DNA of 64,000 bases from Ferroacidibacillus organovorans (GTDB lineage Bacteria; Bacillota; Bacilli; Alicyclobacillales; SLC66), in the NCBI RefSeq assembly GCF_001642725.1, contig NZ_LSUQ01000003.1, forward strand, positions 1-64,000, given 5' to 3'. The position numbers and the translations under genes are program-made. The notes under the pieces are model-generated. The model ran no database searches and had not been told where the DNA came from. It worked only from the letters and a program-made list of their open reading frames with translations. Below, one piece after another: positions 49,170 to 59,199 of the stretch. The number at the start of each line of letters is the position of its first letter. Positions within the stretch are counted from its first letter, which is position 1.

Positions 49170-49961
49170 TTAGAGGGCAGATCGTTTTCCATTTCCCTTT
49201 TTAAGGGTCTGTTCGGTGTGAAGGGTTTCCTCGCGGTTTCTGCGACGGCGTTCGTTTCCTTTGAGCGTAATCCGGGATACGGCGATGCTAACTTCATACA
49301 GGATGATCATCGGCACGGCGACGCTGAGATGTGACACAATTTCTGGCGGACTGATGATCGATGCGACGACAATAATCATCATGTAGGCGTATTTTCGCAG
49401 TCCGTGCAACCGTGCGGGCGTCAAGATCCCAAGTTGCGTGAGAAACATGACAACAACTGGCATTTCAAAAATGAGACCGAATGGCAACAGGATGTTTACC
49501 ATAAAGGAAAAGTAATTCTGAGCGGTGATCATCACGACAAAGTTTTGGCTTGCGAGTGTCATGAGAAAGTGCAAAAGAATTGGAAAGACAATGCGATAGG
49601 AAAACAAGACGCCGATGACAAACATGATGAACACGAGCGGGATAAGCTGTAGAGCAATCTTGCGTTCATGGGATTCCAGGGCAGGCTTTAAAAAAAGCCA
49701 GAGTTGAAAGAGCAAGAAGGGCAGAGTTACGCCGAGAGCGCTGAATCCGGCGATCATAAAGTAAATGTGAATCACATCGCCTGGCCCCAAAATCGCCAGG
49801 CGAATCCCTCCAATCGGGAGTGTGAGGGTGTGGTAGATGCGTGTGACAAACGTCAGGGATGCGGCAAACGCAGTCAACAGTGCGATCAATGAGATTATGA
49901 GACGCTTGCGAAGTTCCCCCAGGTGTTCCTGCCAGCGTTTTACCTCAATCGCTGAATTCAT
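49170..49961 (-). CDS. tatC: Twin-arginine translocase TatC
   Basis: [33 protein letters not shown]. Confidence 0.93.
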   Translation of the reverse strand: MNSAIEVKRWQEHLGELRKRLIISLIALLTAFAASLTFVTRIYHTLTLPIGGIRLAILGPGDVIHIYFMIAGFSALGVTLPFLLFQLWLFLKPALESHERKIALQLIPLVFIMFVIGVLFSYRIVFPILLHFLMTLASQNFVVMITAQNYFSFMVNILLPFGLIFEMPVVVMFLTQLGILTPARLHGLRKYAYMMIIVVASIISPPEIVSHLSVAVPMIILYEVSIAVSRITLKGNERRRRNREETLHTEQTLKKGNGKRSAL

Positions 49962-50206
49962 GACACGTGGTCGACCGGCGTGGTTTTTTGAAGGAGGTCC
50001 AACCCCGCGACCGGTTTTACGTCATCGAGCGGAATAGGGTTGCTCGGCGTGGCAAGATCGCTTGTCAATTCTTTTGTCGCCGATTTGAATTCTTTGAGCG
50101 TTTTTCCGACCGCTTTGCCGAGTTCAGGAAGTTTTGATGGACCAAAGAAAATTAGCGCAAAAATACCGATCAAGAGAATTCCGGGTAAACCAATGTTTGA
50201 AAACAC
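49958..50206 (-). CDS. tatA: Twin-arginine translocase TatA
   Basis: [21 protein letters not shown]. Confidence 0.95.
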   Translation of the reverse strand: MFSNIGLPGILLIGIFALIFFGPSKLPELGKAVGKTLKEFKSATKELTSDLATPSNPIPLDDVKPVAGLDLLQKTTPVDHVS

Positions 50207-50284
50207 AGGACAACACTCCTTGGCTTGATTTTTTAGGTGAGACGGGGTGTGATCAGACGTATCACACCCCGCAACGGCGGTTTA

Positions 50285-51055
50285 TTATCCGTTTTGATTC
50301 TGGAACATCGTCAGTGTTTTTGTGGTGTTTGGATCCCACCCGCTGTTGCTCCCGACAGCCGCCTGCACCTGCGCTTTGCTTGGCATGGAAAGCGGGCCTG
50401 TTGTGCCACCTGCAAACTGGTTGGGGAGAACGAACGGCGCGAGCCCCTTGGCGATGGCAGCGACGGATGTGCCACCCGCTTCTTCAAGGTAGAAATCATT
50501 CGGGACATTCAATCCGGCGATCTGGTGACCCATCACGCGATGTTCGCACTCGACGCCGAGGATCTCGCCTGCGAGTTGTGCGAGCGCAGGTTGTTTGAGC
50601 GGGCCTCCGAATTGGTAAATCGCCGCAAGGTATGCTTTGATAAAGGTGACCTCGAGCGCCTGTAGGAGATTGAGATAGCTTTTGCTGTCCTTAAAGGTGT
50701 CAGCGGGAAAGTAGAAGGATGTATACGGGGACTTTGCGCCTGCCCCTTGCAACAATTCAACGTGATAGAACTCAGCGCCGAGTGCACCTTGAAGATACGG
50801 TTTGTTGCCGGCGTTTACGACGGACCCTATGGGAGAATGAAGTCCCGTATAGTAGAATGTAGTCGCGAGACGCTCTGCAGTGAGTGCCGCGCCGATGATG
50901 CTTGCGACAGTGTCTTCGCTCGTGGCGGCAAATGCGCTCGCATCGACGCCCGCGAGTCCGCCGAGTGCGACGGTGGCGCTGAGTAGTCCGACGTTTTTGA
51001 TAAACTGTCTGCGCGTGGTTCCTTGCTGATTTTGTTCCTGATTCAATTTGATCAC
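50285..51055 (-). CDS. Tat-exported ferritin-like domain protein
   Basis: TRRQFIK Tat motif with AFA cleavage site; E / ExxH / E / ExxH di-metal ligands. Confidence 0.85.
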   Translation of the reverse strand: MIKLNQEQNQQGTTRRQFIKNVGLLSATVALGGLAGVDASAFAATSEDTVASIIGAALTAERLATTFYYTGLHSPIGSVVNAGNKPYLQGALGAEFYHVELLQGAGAKSPYTSFYFPADTFKDSKSYLNLLQALEVTFIKAYLAAIYQFGGPLKQPALAQLAGEILGVECEHRVMGHQIAGLNVPNDFYLEEAGGTSVAAIAKGLAPFVLPNQFAGGTTGPLSMPSKAQVQAAVGSNSGWDPNTTKTLTMFQNQNG

Positions 51056-51084
51056 CTCGTTGTTTTTTGTGTTTCACCCCCTAA

Positions 51085-51110
51085 TACGTGAGCTCGCAAA
51101 AGCTGGATCA
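51085..51110 (-). promoter_or_regulatory. Candidate ECF sigma promoter TGATCC-N16-CGTA
   Basis: Minus strand, just upstream of the ferritin-like gene RBS. Confidence 0.6.
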
Positions 51111-51160
51111 CTCACATCGAAATTTTTTTGCATTTTTTTTTTGAACAATAGCGAAACGCG

Positions 51161-51748
51161 GTGATTGGATACGTGTCGGAGTTGCAGTCGGATGAGTTTT
51201 TATTAGAAGGCATTGCTCGCCGGGAACAGGCGGCGCTGGAAACGTTCTATGATCGCCATGAGCGAATGGTCTTCAGCTTTGCCCTGCGCTGTGTGGCTGA
51301 CCGTTCTCTCGCGGAAGAAGTCGTGCAGGATGTTTTCACTCGATTGTGGCGATCTGCGGAACGGTATGATGGACAGAAAGCCAAAGTGTCGACGTGGCTT
51401 CTGACGATTACGCGTAGAATCGCGATCGATCATCACCGCAAATCCATGCGAAACGTTCCAGTGCAAAGCGACGTGGATGACAGGTTGCAGCAGTTGGAAG
51501 AGTCAGACCCAGGTCCACCTGAGCAAGTTGAGGCGAATGAAATGAAGGATCTCGTGCGATCTGCGTTAAATCGCTTGCCGAATGATCAACGTGAGGCGAT
51601 TGAACGTATGTATTATCAAGGTCAGACGCAAAAAGAGATTGCGGAAGCGATTCGCGTGCCACTCGGCACGGTAAAAGGAAGGATTCGCCTCGGTCTGGCG
51701 CGATTGCGCGAACAGATCGACGTCCACGGATGGGGGGATACAACATGA
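51161..51748 (+). CDS. ECF sigma factor (SigK-like)
   Basis: AEEVVQDVF, WLLTITRRIAID, VPLGTVKGRIR. Confidence 0.92.
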   Translation: MIGYVSELQSDEFLLEGIARREQAALETFYDRHERMVFSFALRCVADRSLAEEVVQDVFTRLWRSAERYDGQKAKVSTWLLTITRRIAIDHHRKSMRNVPVQSDVDDRLQQLEESDPGPPEQVEANEMKDLVRSALNRLPNDQREAIERMYYQGQTQKEIAEAIRVPLGTVKGRIRLGLARLREQIDVHGWGDTT

Positions 51749-52551
51749 TTGAACAGGAGACGTTGTGTTCTCTGCGCGAGATGTACGTTCTTGGGGGATT
51801 ATCTGAAAAGGAGCAAGGCGCGTTCGAACGCCATCTTTTGACGTGTTCTTCGTGCCAAGTCGAGGTGCGCTCGCTGCGCGAGGTAGAGGCGTGGCTCCTC
51901 GAAGACTATGCATCGATTGATCCGCCGAGTGGGATGAAAGAGCGCGTGCTCCATCACGTATTTGCTGACACGGTGGATAGTGCATGGGAAAAGGCTGTTC
52001 CTTTTGTGGACGTTTCAAAAGAGAAGCGAAGCGATCTTATACAAGCGTCCCCCCGCCTTAAAACGGTGCGCAGCGGATTGATGTATCGCAAAGTTTCCGC
52101 GTGGCAATCGCTTTTGGCATCCGCCGCGATCGCCGTAATTGCGGTCTTTGTCACGCTGCAGAGCGTGCGCGCGCCGATTTCGCCGTCACTGCCGATGCTT
52201 GGGCGTGTACAACAGTCGCTCACACTAAAATCGACATCCTTTATTCCGCTGGCACAAGCGCGCGTCATGATCACGCAGATGGGCTCGCAAAAACAGCTCT
52301 ACATTTCACTTTCTCATCTGGCGCCTGTGACAGGAACAGAGGCATACCAAGTGTGGCTTGTGCAACCGCGCGGGCGTGGGCTCGCGGTTCACTCGTTAGG
52401 CGTATTTTTGCCAATGAAAAATGGATCGGCAGCTTTTGCCAGTACGATTCCGACGGGGAACTACTCCATGATCGCCATTACCCTTGAACCGCGAACCATC
52501 AATAAAACACCACAGGGGCCTAAAGTTTTGATGGGCACCGCGAACGTCTAA
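51745..52551 (+). CDS. Anti-sigma factor (zinc-binding HxxxCxxC, TM, RskA-like domain)
   Basis: HLLTCSSC, YQVWL, AITLEP...TPQGP; ATGA overlap. Confidence 0.88.
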   Translation: MIEQETLCSLREMYVLGGLSEKEQGAFERHLLTCSSCQVEVRSLREVEAWLLEDYASIDPPSGMKERVLHHVFADTVDSAWEKAVPFVDVSKEKRSDLIQASPRLKTVRSGLMYRKVSAWQSLLASAAIAVIAVFVTLQSVRAPISPSLPMLGRVQQSLTLKSTSFIPLAQARVMITQMGSQKQLYISLSHLAPVTGTEAYQVWLVQPRGRGLAVHSLGVFLPMKNGSAAFASTIPTGNYSMIAITLEPRTINKTPQGPKVLMGTANV

Positions 52552-52569
52552 TGAATTCGTCACTACCAT

Positions 52570-52614
52570 AAAAGCGCGTTTCTCACACGTGGTTGTGTGA
52601 GAAACGCGCTTTTT
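52570..52614. terminator. Bidirectional terminator
   Basis: AAAAGCGCGTTTCTCACAC / GTGTGAGAAACGCGCTTTT. Confidence 0.85.
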
Positions 52615-52658
52615 CATGTCTGGGTTGAGGAGCGTTTCAACATGTCAATAAGGCGATG

Positions 52659-52742
52659 TCAGACGGCCGTCATAAGAAGGAACGCGGCCATACCGATAAA
52701 GAGACTGGCCATGGTGCCATTCTTGCGAAAGAATTCGAACAT
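52659..52742 (-). CDS. Small hydrophobic peptide, 27 aa (MFEFFRKNGTMASLFIGMAAFLLMTAV)
   Basis: RBS AAGGAG 8 nt upstream; one TM-like stretch; followed by a terminator. Confidence 0.55.
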   Translation of the reverse strand: MFEFFRKNGTMASLFIGMAAFLLMTAV

Positions 52743-52813
52743 GTAAGCATCTCCTTAAGGGTTTTTGATTGTCACATCCTATATATAGTTTCGACACAAA
52801 TCGTTCATAACCT

Positions 52814-53767
52814 TCAAGGGCTTGAAATTTTTTTTGACGGGTTGGATAAGCTGTGTAGAACCATGCCGAGAACGACAAAACAAAGACCGATTGAATCCCA
52901 AAGTGTAAGGAGGGTACCTGGAAGAAGCCACTTCTCTCCGAGAACGGTGAAAAAAACTTCACCAGCCTGGGTAGCTTCTACGGAAGCCAGATGTTTAGGA
53001 TTTTCACGCGCCGAATCAGTGGCAGAAAAAAAGAGAACGGTGGCAATGACCCCTGAAGATACGGCGACGATGAGCGCTTGTGCCACTTGCGCGCCTGATG
53101 GTGGACCCGTATGTACCCACTGGATCAGCGCGAGTACAAGCCATAATGGAAGGCTGGCAATCGTCATACCGAGTGTGCGCTGATACGCGTTTAGCCTTCC
53201 CTCACACGCCATCATCATCTTTCGATTTCCGAGTGGATAGGCAAAGGATGCGATCAAGACGGGTATAAATCCTCGCAGGAGTTCGACCATAGAGACGTGG
53301 CCAGCCTGAGAGAAGGTCATAACGGCAACGCCAAACACGATCCATAGCGACAGCCCGATTTCTTTATATGTGATGGTATTGTGATCAACCCCTAGTTGAA
53401 GAGTGTTGTGCTTGTGTCTGTTTGTCAAAAGGGAAAGCAACGGCCCTACGATCACCGTGATTTGCCATGTGCCTGCCACAAGCCACGCCGGACTATACAC
53501 AGAAGCGTAGCAGAGGGGGACATAAAAGAGGCCAAACCCGAGATGGCTCCATAGAAGCCACGTTCCGGGATGGCTTTTCATCTCATCAACAAGAGGGCGC
53601 ACCTGCCGCTTGGCGGCGACGAGCAAGACGAGAAGGGGAAGCATGAAGAGATAGCGAAGCGATGCGCTCCACAGGTAACTTCCTCCCTGGAGATTGATCC
53701 AGCGATTGAGCACAAATGTGAACGCAAAAAAGAAAGAAGCGAGAATGCCTAATCCGATGGCCTTCAT
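52814..53767 (-). CDS. YjlA-like DMT/EamA transporter
   Basis: FFAFTFVLNR, WSASLRY, AYPLGNRKMM, VEATQAGEV. Confidence 0.9.
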   Translation of the reverse strand: MKAIGLGILASFFFAFTFVLNRWINLQGGSYLWSASLRYLFMLPLLVLLVAAKRQVRPLVDEMKSHPGTWLLWSHLGFGLFYVPLCYASVYSPAWLVAGTWQITVIVGPLLSLLTNRHKHNTLQLGVDHNTITYKEIGLSLWIVFGVAVMTFSQAGHVSMVELLRGFIPVLIASFAYPLGNRKMMMACEGRLNAYQRTLGMTIASLPLWLVLALIQWVHTGPPSGAQVAQALIVAVSSGVIATVLFFSATDSARENPKHLASVEATQAGEVFFTVLGEKWLLPGTLLTLWDSIGLCFVVLGMVLHSLSNPSKKISSP

Positions 53768-53979
53768 AAAAAACTCCCCGTTTACTCCTGGTGCATTGCG
53801 GAATGTTTTAAATCATACGATTCTCTCGGTGATTTGTGATGTGATCTTTCAAGAACATTATAAGTAAAGAGGGTTTCGATTGCTGTGGAGTGTAGTGCAA
53901 GCTCAGAAATGAGTAATTTAATGTATGCTATACTTAGATGATCAAGTGAGGGTTTCCGCTTATAACGATAGGGAATGGG

Positions 53980-55443
53980 TTGGAGGGATACTCGTTGTTG
54001 CGCGAAACGTTGTCGCAATTAGAACACTCCATCAAAGAGCTCGCGGATATTGATATGGCGCTTGACGCGGCGTCGATCGTCGCGGTAACGGATCAAACCG
54101 GAAGAATAACGTTTGTCAACGATAAATTTTGCGAGATTTCTCAATATACACGTGATGAGCTGCTCGGACAGAATCACCGAATTATCAACTCAGGCTATCA
54201 CCCCAAAAACTTTTTTAGAACAATGTGGCGAACCATTGCGCAAGGGGAAATCTGGCGCGGGGAGATCAAAAATAAGACCAAAGACGGCTCTTATTATTGG
54301 GTTGACACGATTATCGTTCCGTTTTTAAATGAAAACGGGAAACCGTATAAATATGTTTCCTTTCGCATTGATATCTCACGGCGAAAACGTGTGGAAGAAA
54401 CGCTTGATACGCTTATCACAACCTTGCCTGACCTCACCATTTTTAAAGATGGGCAGGGTCGTTGGTTGCGCGCGAACGATGCAGCCCTCACCTTTTTCGG
54501 ATTGCAAGAAGAAATGTATCAGGGAAAGACGGACAAAGAATTGGCAGATGCTGTCCCAACTGCACAGCGGCTTTTGGAACAGCTTAGCGATCAGGATGAG
54601 CCGACGTGGCAAAAGCGCGATGAGATGCAGGTTGAGAGAACGTGGAATTTGCCGGGGGGTGGGCAGGCGCGGATCATTCACGAGACGCGCGTTCCTGTGT
54701 TTCAAGATAACGGGTTGCGCAGTGGCATGATCTTTCTTGGACAGGATTACACAGAGCGCAGGCAAACGGAATCCTTCCTTCGCCGCGTCGACAAAATCAC
54801 CGCAGCGGGTCAATTGGCGTCAGGCGTCGCGCATGAAGTAAGAAATCCGCTCGCCGCCATCAAGTGGTCAATTTTGCGCCTTCAGTCCACATACCAAGAT
54901 GAGGCGTTGTTTAGCTTGATCCTGTCGGAGATCGACCGGATTGACGGGACGGTTGAACAGTTGCTCTCCCTCTCGCGCGAGAAGCTGACGGCGTCTGCGA
55001 ATATTGATGTAAAGGCATTACTTGAAGGAATTCTGCCACTCATGCAAGTTTCTGCGAAACGGCAAGACGTTGAGATCATTTTTGCGGCGAGTGAGGACTT
55101 GCCTACGGTTTTTGGCGATGAGAATCAACTTAAGCAAGTGTTTGTAAACATTCTAAAAAATGCGCTTGAGGCCATGGCCACGAATGGTAAGATCACGGTG
55201 TCCCTGGGTGTGCATAACGCTTCACAACTTGAGATTCGCATTGTGGATCAAGGAAACGGAATGCCAGATGAACTTCTGACACGCGTCGGAGAACCCTTTT
55301 TTACAACGAAAGATACTGGGACGGGACTCGGTCTCATGATGTCTCACCAAATCATTCGCGAACACAAGGGTCACCTCACTCTGGCGAGTGTGCCGGGTGT
55401 GGGGACAACGGTGACAATCTATTTGCCGATTGCGGGCGCGTAG
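53980..55443 (+). CDS. Cytoplasmic PAS-PAS histidine kinase
   Basis: Two PAS domains, AHEVRNPL, NILKNA, DQGNG, GTGLGL. Confidence 0.93.
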   Translation: MEGYSLLRETLSQLEHSIKELADIDMALDAASIVAVTDQTGRITFVNDKFCEISQYTRDELLGQNHRIINSGYHPKNFFRTMWRTIAQGEIWRGEIKNKTKDGSYYWVDTIIVPFLNENGKPYKYVSFRIDISRRKRVEETLDTLITTLPDLTIFKDGQGRWLRANDAALTFFGLQEEMYQGKTDKELADAVPTAQRLLEQLSDQDEPTWQKRDEMQVERTWNLPGGGQARIIHETRVPVFQDNGLRSGMIFLGQDYTERRQTESFLRRVDKITAAGQLASGVAHEVRNPLAAIKWSILRLQSTYQDEALFSLILSEIDRIDGTVEQLLSLSREKLTASANIDVKALLEGILPLMQVSAKRQDVEIIFAASEDLPTVFGDENQLKQVFVNILKNALEAMATNGKITVSLGVHNASQLEIRIVDQGNGMPDELLTRVGEPFFTTKDTGTGLGLMMSHQIIREHKGHLTLASVPGVGTTVTIYLPIAGA

Positions 55444-55595
55444 CTTGGTGTGACAGATAAGGATACATGATTAAAAAGGACTAGACACAGGTAGTTCCCT
55501 TGTGTCTGTTTTTGTTCTGTGTATTTTGGCATTCTAAGAGAAACAGGGAGAAACGTTGGCCCTGTCGCGCAGTTCGTAAAGCGAGGGCGATCGAC

Positions 55596-56237
55596 TTGAA
55601 ACCGTGGGTCAAACGCGCGCGCAGCGCGCAAGACGAATGGGATTATCAATTTGTTACGTGGGTTTCTCGCCACGTCGATTTCTTTTTGGCGCTGACATGC
55701 ACCACGGAACTTTTCTATGGTATTGCGCGATCACAGTACAGTTTGGTTATCTCGATTGTACTCGTTGGCGCCATCAGTTTTTTTGTCGGTTTGGTCGAAT
55801 CAATCGCCATCACACTACTAATGCTTCTCTTCGTGTTTTTCCACAACGTTCTCGTTTATCACACATTGAACGTTCCTTTTCTCGTCGCCGCATCCGCAGG
55901 ATGGCTTTGTGTATCGTGGCTCGGGTTTCATCACCGTGAGGAGCAAAAAAATCAAAAAAAGCGCTTACTGAGCGTGGAGTGGGGTCACGATCAAACGGCG
56001 TCTGTACTGCCTTGGGCTGTCAGCAATGAGATTCGCACGTCACTCGCGGCTGTTCGCTTTTTGCTGTTTCCCCTTCAAAGCGAAGAGATCATCGATGATT
56101 CTGCCCGTGAAATGCCAATTGCCAAGGCGACCCATGAGCTTCAACGTCTAGAAAATCTGTTTATGGATTACGAAGAGATTATCCAAGAGAAGACGATCCA
56201 CCATGGAAAGGTGAATCAGTCTTCACGCAAGGTGTAG
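55596..56237 (+). CDS. Membrane protein with a degenerate HisKA (DHp) domain and no ATPase domain
   Basis: About 4 TM segments then SNEIRTSLAAV...ELQRLE; start uncertain. Confidence 0.65.
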   Translation: MKPWVKRARSAQDEWDYQFVTWVSRHVDFFLALTCTTELFYGIARSQYSLVISIVLVGAISFFVGLVESIAITLLMLLFVFFHNVLVYHTLNVPFLVAASAGWLCVSWLGFHHREEQKNQKKRLLSVEWGHDQTASVLPWAVSNEIRTSLAAVRFLLFPLQSEEIIDDSAREMPIAKATHELQRLENLFMDYEEIIQEKTIHHGKVNQSSRKV

Positions 56238-56893
56238 CCTTCGCGTAGCGCATAGGTGGCCGCCTGAACGCGATTGCTGAGATGGAGTTTTTCCAAAATG
56301 TTGCGCACGTGATTGCGTACAGTGTTTTCACTGATATAGAGAGCACTTGCGATATCGCGATTGCTCGACCCTGTGCTCAAGTGGCGCAGGACATCGATTT
56401 CGCGCTCTGTGAGGGGATCGATTTCTTGCGCTTTCTTTGCGGTTGACGCGGAAAGTTCGTGAATGATCTTTACGGCCAGGTTTCCTGGAATGACCGGTTC
56501 CCCTGAGAATACGCGTTGCACGCTGTCAATGACCGTTTGGGGGCTTGCATTCTTTAAGATGTACCCGGAAGCGCCCGCTTTTACCGCTTCAAAGAGCGCC
56601 TGCTCCGCATCGGAAACCGTCAGGATGAGAATACGCGCCTCACTGTTTTTTTCACGCATGAGCCGGGTCGCTTCAAGACCCGTCATGATCGGCATGTTGA
56701 TGTCCATAATGACAACGTCAGGCGTAAGTTCCGTAAATTGCGATACGGCTTCCTGTCCGTTGCTCGCTTCACCGACCACTTCAATCGCCGGATGCCTGCT
56801 GATCATGGCGCTTACACCTTGGCGGAACAATTCGTGATCGTCGACAATCAGTACGCGGATCGTGTTGCTGTTCGCGTTTTCGCTGTCACTCAT
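56216..56893 (-). CDS. NarL/LuxR family response regulator
   Basis: IVDDH, MDINMP, LTEREIDVL...ISENTVRNH. Confidence 0.95.
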   Translation of the reverse strand: MSDSENANSNTIRVLIVDDHELFRQGVSAMISRHPAIEVVGEASNGQEAVSQFTELTPDVVIMDINMPIMTGLEATRLMREKNSEARILILTVSDAEQALFEAVKAGASGYILKNASPQTVIDSVQRVFSGEPVIPGNLAVKIIHELSASTAKKAQEIDPLTEREIDVLRHLSTGSSNRDIASALYISENTVRNHVRNILEKLHLSNRVQAATYALREGYTLRED

Positions 56894-57036
56894 TGGCTCA
56901 ACATCCCTTTCGAACGGATCACGTCCATTTAATGATACTATAGCGAATTTTGAGGTGCAGAAGATCACCCGTTAGGACTATTTTCACACGCGTTGACAAA
57001 TGATCGACGTCACGCAAGAATAGCAGACAAGACTGA

Positions 57037-57453
57037 ATGAAAATGGTGAAGTGTACGATGAGTCACGTTCGGCTGACCCCAAAGCGCCAGATCGTTTATG
57101 ACACGGTTGTTCAATTGGCAAACCATCCATCTGCCGTCGAGATCATGGCGTCGCTACAGGCGAGCGGGAAGAAGCTTGCCTACGCGACGGTCTATAATTC
57201 ACTGCGCTACCTAACGGATGTGGGCCTTCTTCAGGAACTTACCGTGGGTGGCACGTACTCCCGCTATGACGCGCGCGTGGAGAACCATCACCACGTGATC
57301 TGTCAAGCGTGCGGTCGAGTTGATGAAGTCGCGCGTGAGATTCCACTCCCTTTTTTACGCGCGATTGAACAGGAGTCGGGGTATGATATAAAACTGGCAG
57401 ATCTCGTGATCAAAGGAATTTGCCCTGCATGTAGACGTCAACAAGAAATGTGA
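57037..57453 (+). CDS. perR: Fur family regulator, PerR-like
   Basis: HPSA, ATVYNSL, HHHVICQAC, GICPAC; upstream of catalase. Confidence 0.8.
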   Translation: MKMVKCTMSHVRLTPKRQIVYDTVVQLANHPSAVEIMASLQASGKKLAYATVYNSLRYLTDVGLLQELTVGGTYSRYDARVENHHHVICQACGRVDEVAREIPLPFLRAIEQESGYDIKLADLVIKGICPACRRQQEM

Positions 57454-57489
57454 CATAAAAGCAGGGATTGCATGTTTTCATCCACCTAT

Positions 57490-57504
57490 TTATACTTAGT
57501 ATAA
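57490..57504. promoter_or_regulatory. Per box-like 7-1-7 palindrome
   Basis: TTATACT-T-AGTATAA versus consensus TTATAAT-N-ATTATAA. Confidence 0.8.
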
Positions 57505-57529
57505 ATCTAAGTGATTGGGAGGATGAGCA

Positions 57530-58975
57530 GTGACGGAGTTTAAGCGTCTAACCACGACAACAGGGTCTCCAGTTCATGACAATCAGAATTCACAAACCGC
57601 AGGTCAGCGGGGGCCTGTTCTATTGCAGGATTTCCATCTTATTGAGAAATTAGCCCACTTCAACCGTGAACGGATCCCAGAACGCGTGGTTCACGCAAAA
57701 GGTGCAGGCGCGCACGGCGTTTTTGAGGTGACGCACGATGTTCATCATCTTACAAAAGCAAAGTTTCTCTCGGAAGTTGGAAAGAAAACGCCAGTCTTTA
57801 TCCGCTTCTCGACGGTTGCAGGCGAGCGCGGTTCTGCTGACACAGATCGCGATCCGCGCGGTACAGCCATCAAGTTTTATACAGAGGATGGAAACTACGA
57901 CATCGTTGGCAACAACACCCCAGTGTTTTTTATTCGCGATCCACTCAAATTTCCCGACTTTATCCATACACAAAAGCGTAATCCACAGACAAATTTGAAG
58001 GATCCACAAGCGATTTGGGATTTTTGGTCACTCTCTCCGGAAGCGCTTCATCAAATCACTACGCTCTTTTCAAACCGTGGAACGCCTAAAGGGTATCGCC
58101 ACATGCATATGTTTGGGAGCCATACGTTTCAGTGGATTTCTGAGGATGGACAGACTGTGTGGGTAAAGTACCACTTTAAATCGGAACAAGGCATTGCCAA
58201 TATGAGAAGTGATGAAGCGCGGCATATGGCGAGTGTTGATCCGGATTTTGCAACGCGCGATTTATTTGAAGCCATTGACAGGGGCCAGTTTCCTGCTTGG
58301 AGGCTGTTTGTTCAAATCATGCCACTCGAAGACGCGCACTCGTATCGCTTTGATCCGTTTGATGTGACGAAGGTTTGGTCACAAAAGGATTATCCATTGA
58401 TTCCGGTGGGTAGGCTCGTCTTGAATCGCAACCCAGAAAATTATTTCGCAGAGGTTGAACAGTCCGCATTTTCACCGGCGAATATTGTCCCCGGAATTGG
58501 CTTCTCTCCGGATAAAATGCTTCAAGGAAGACTGTTTGCCTACGCAGACGCACACCGTTATCGCGTGGGGACAAACCACAACGCGTTGCCGATCAATCAA
58601 CCGCAAAGCCCAGTGCATCACTATCAACGAGATGGCGCGATGCGCTTTGACGGCAATGGGGGATCAGCGATCAACTATGAGCCGAACAGTGCGAACGGGC
58701 CAAAAGAAGATGGAGATGCGAAACTCGGCAATTACGAGGTGAGTGGAGCATGGGGCAGTTACGCCTATCCTGATGATGATCACTATACGCAAGCGGGAGA
58801 TCTCTTTCGCCTGTTGCCGCCCAATGAGCAGGATGATCTCATTGATAACATTGTGGATGCGATGCGCCCTGTGACACGCGATGTTCAACTCCGTCAAGTG
58901 GAGCATTTTAAAAAGGCGGACATCGACTATGGCAGAAGGGTGGCGCAAGGGCTGGGACTGGTCGTCGAGAACTGA
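57530..58975 (+). CDS. katA: Monofunctional heme catalase
   Basis: [27 protein letters not shown]. Confidence 0.97.
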   Translation: MTEFKRLTTTTGSPVHDNQNSQTAGQRGPVLLQDFHLIEKLAHFNRERIPERVVHAKGAGAHGVFEVTHDVHHLTKAKFLSEVGKKTPVFIRFSTVAGERGSADTDRDPRGTAIKFYTEDGNYDIVGNNTPVFFIRDPLKFPDFIHTQKRNPQTNLKDPQAIWDFWSLSPEALHQITTLFSNRGTPKGYRHMHMFGSHTFQWISEDGQTVWVKYHFKSEQGIANMRSDEARHMASVDPDFATRDLFEAIDRGQFPAWRLFVQIMPLEDAHSYRFDPFDVTKVWSQKDYPLIPVGRLVLNRNPENYFAEVEQSAFSPANIVPGIGFSPDKMLQGRLFAYADAHRYRVGTNHNALPINQPQSPVHHYQRDGAMRFDGNGGSAINYEPNSANGPKEDGDAKLGNYEVSGAWGSYAYPDDDHYTQAGDLFRLLPPNEQDDLIDNIVDAMRPVTRDVQLRQVEHFKKADIDYGRRVAQGLGLVVEN

Positions 58976-58997
58976 CTTTGTAAAGTGAACGGGATTG

Positions 58998-59042
58998 GGA
59001 CATCAGCCTTTTTGCGAAACGGCCGATGTCCGTTTTTTTTTT
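58998..59042 (+). terminator. Terminator after catalase
   Basis: GGACATC...GATGTCC plus long T-tract. Confidence 0.8.
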
Positions 59043-59199
59043 GTTTTAAGATAGCGGTCACTTGGGCTGTCATTTCTAGGCAATCATGCTGTAAAATGAG
59101 GTGTGTAGATTGTCAAATAAATAGATAGAGGAAGCGTGGTGTGCCTTGGATGACACCTTCTGATCCACGGCAAACTTTTTCAATAGGGGCTGTTTTGCA

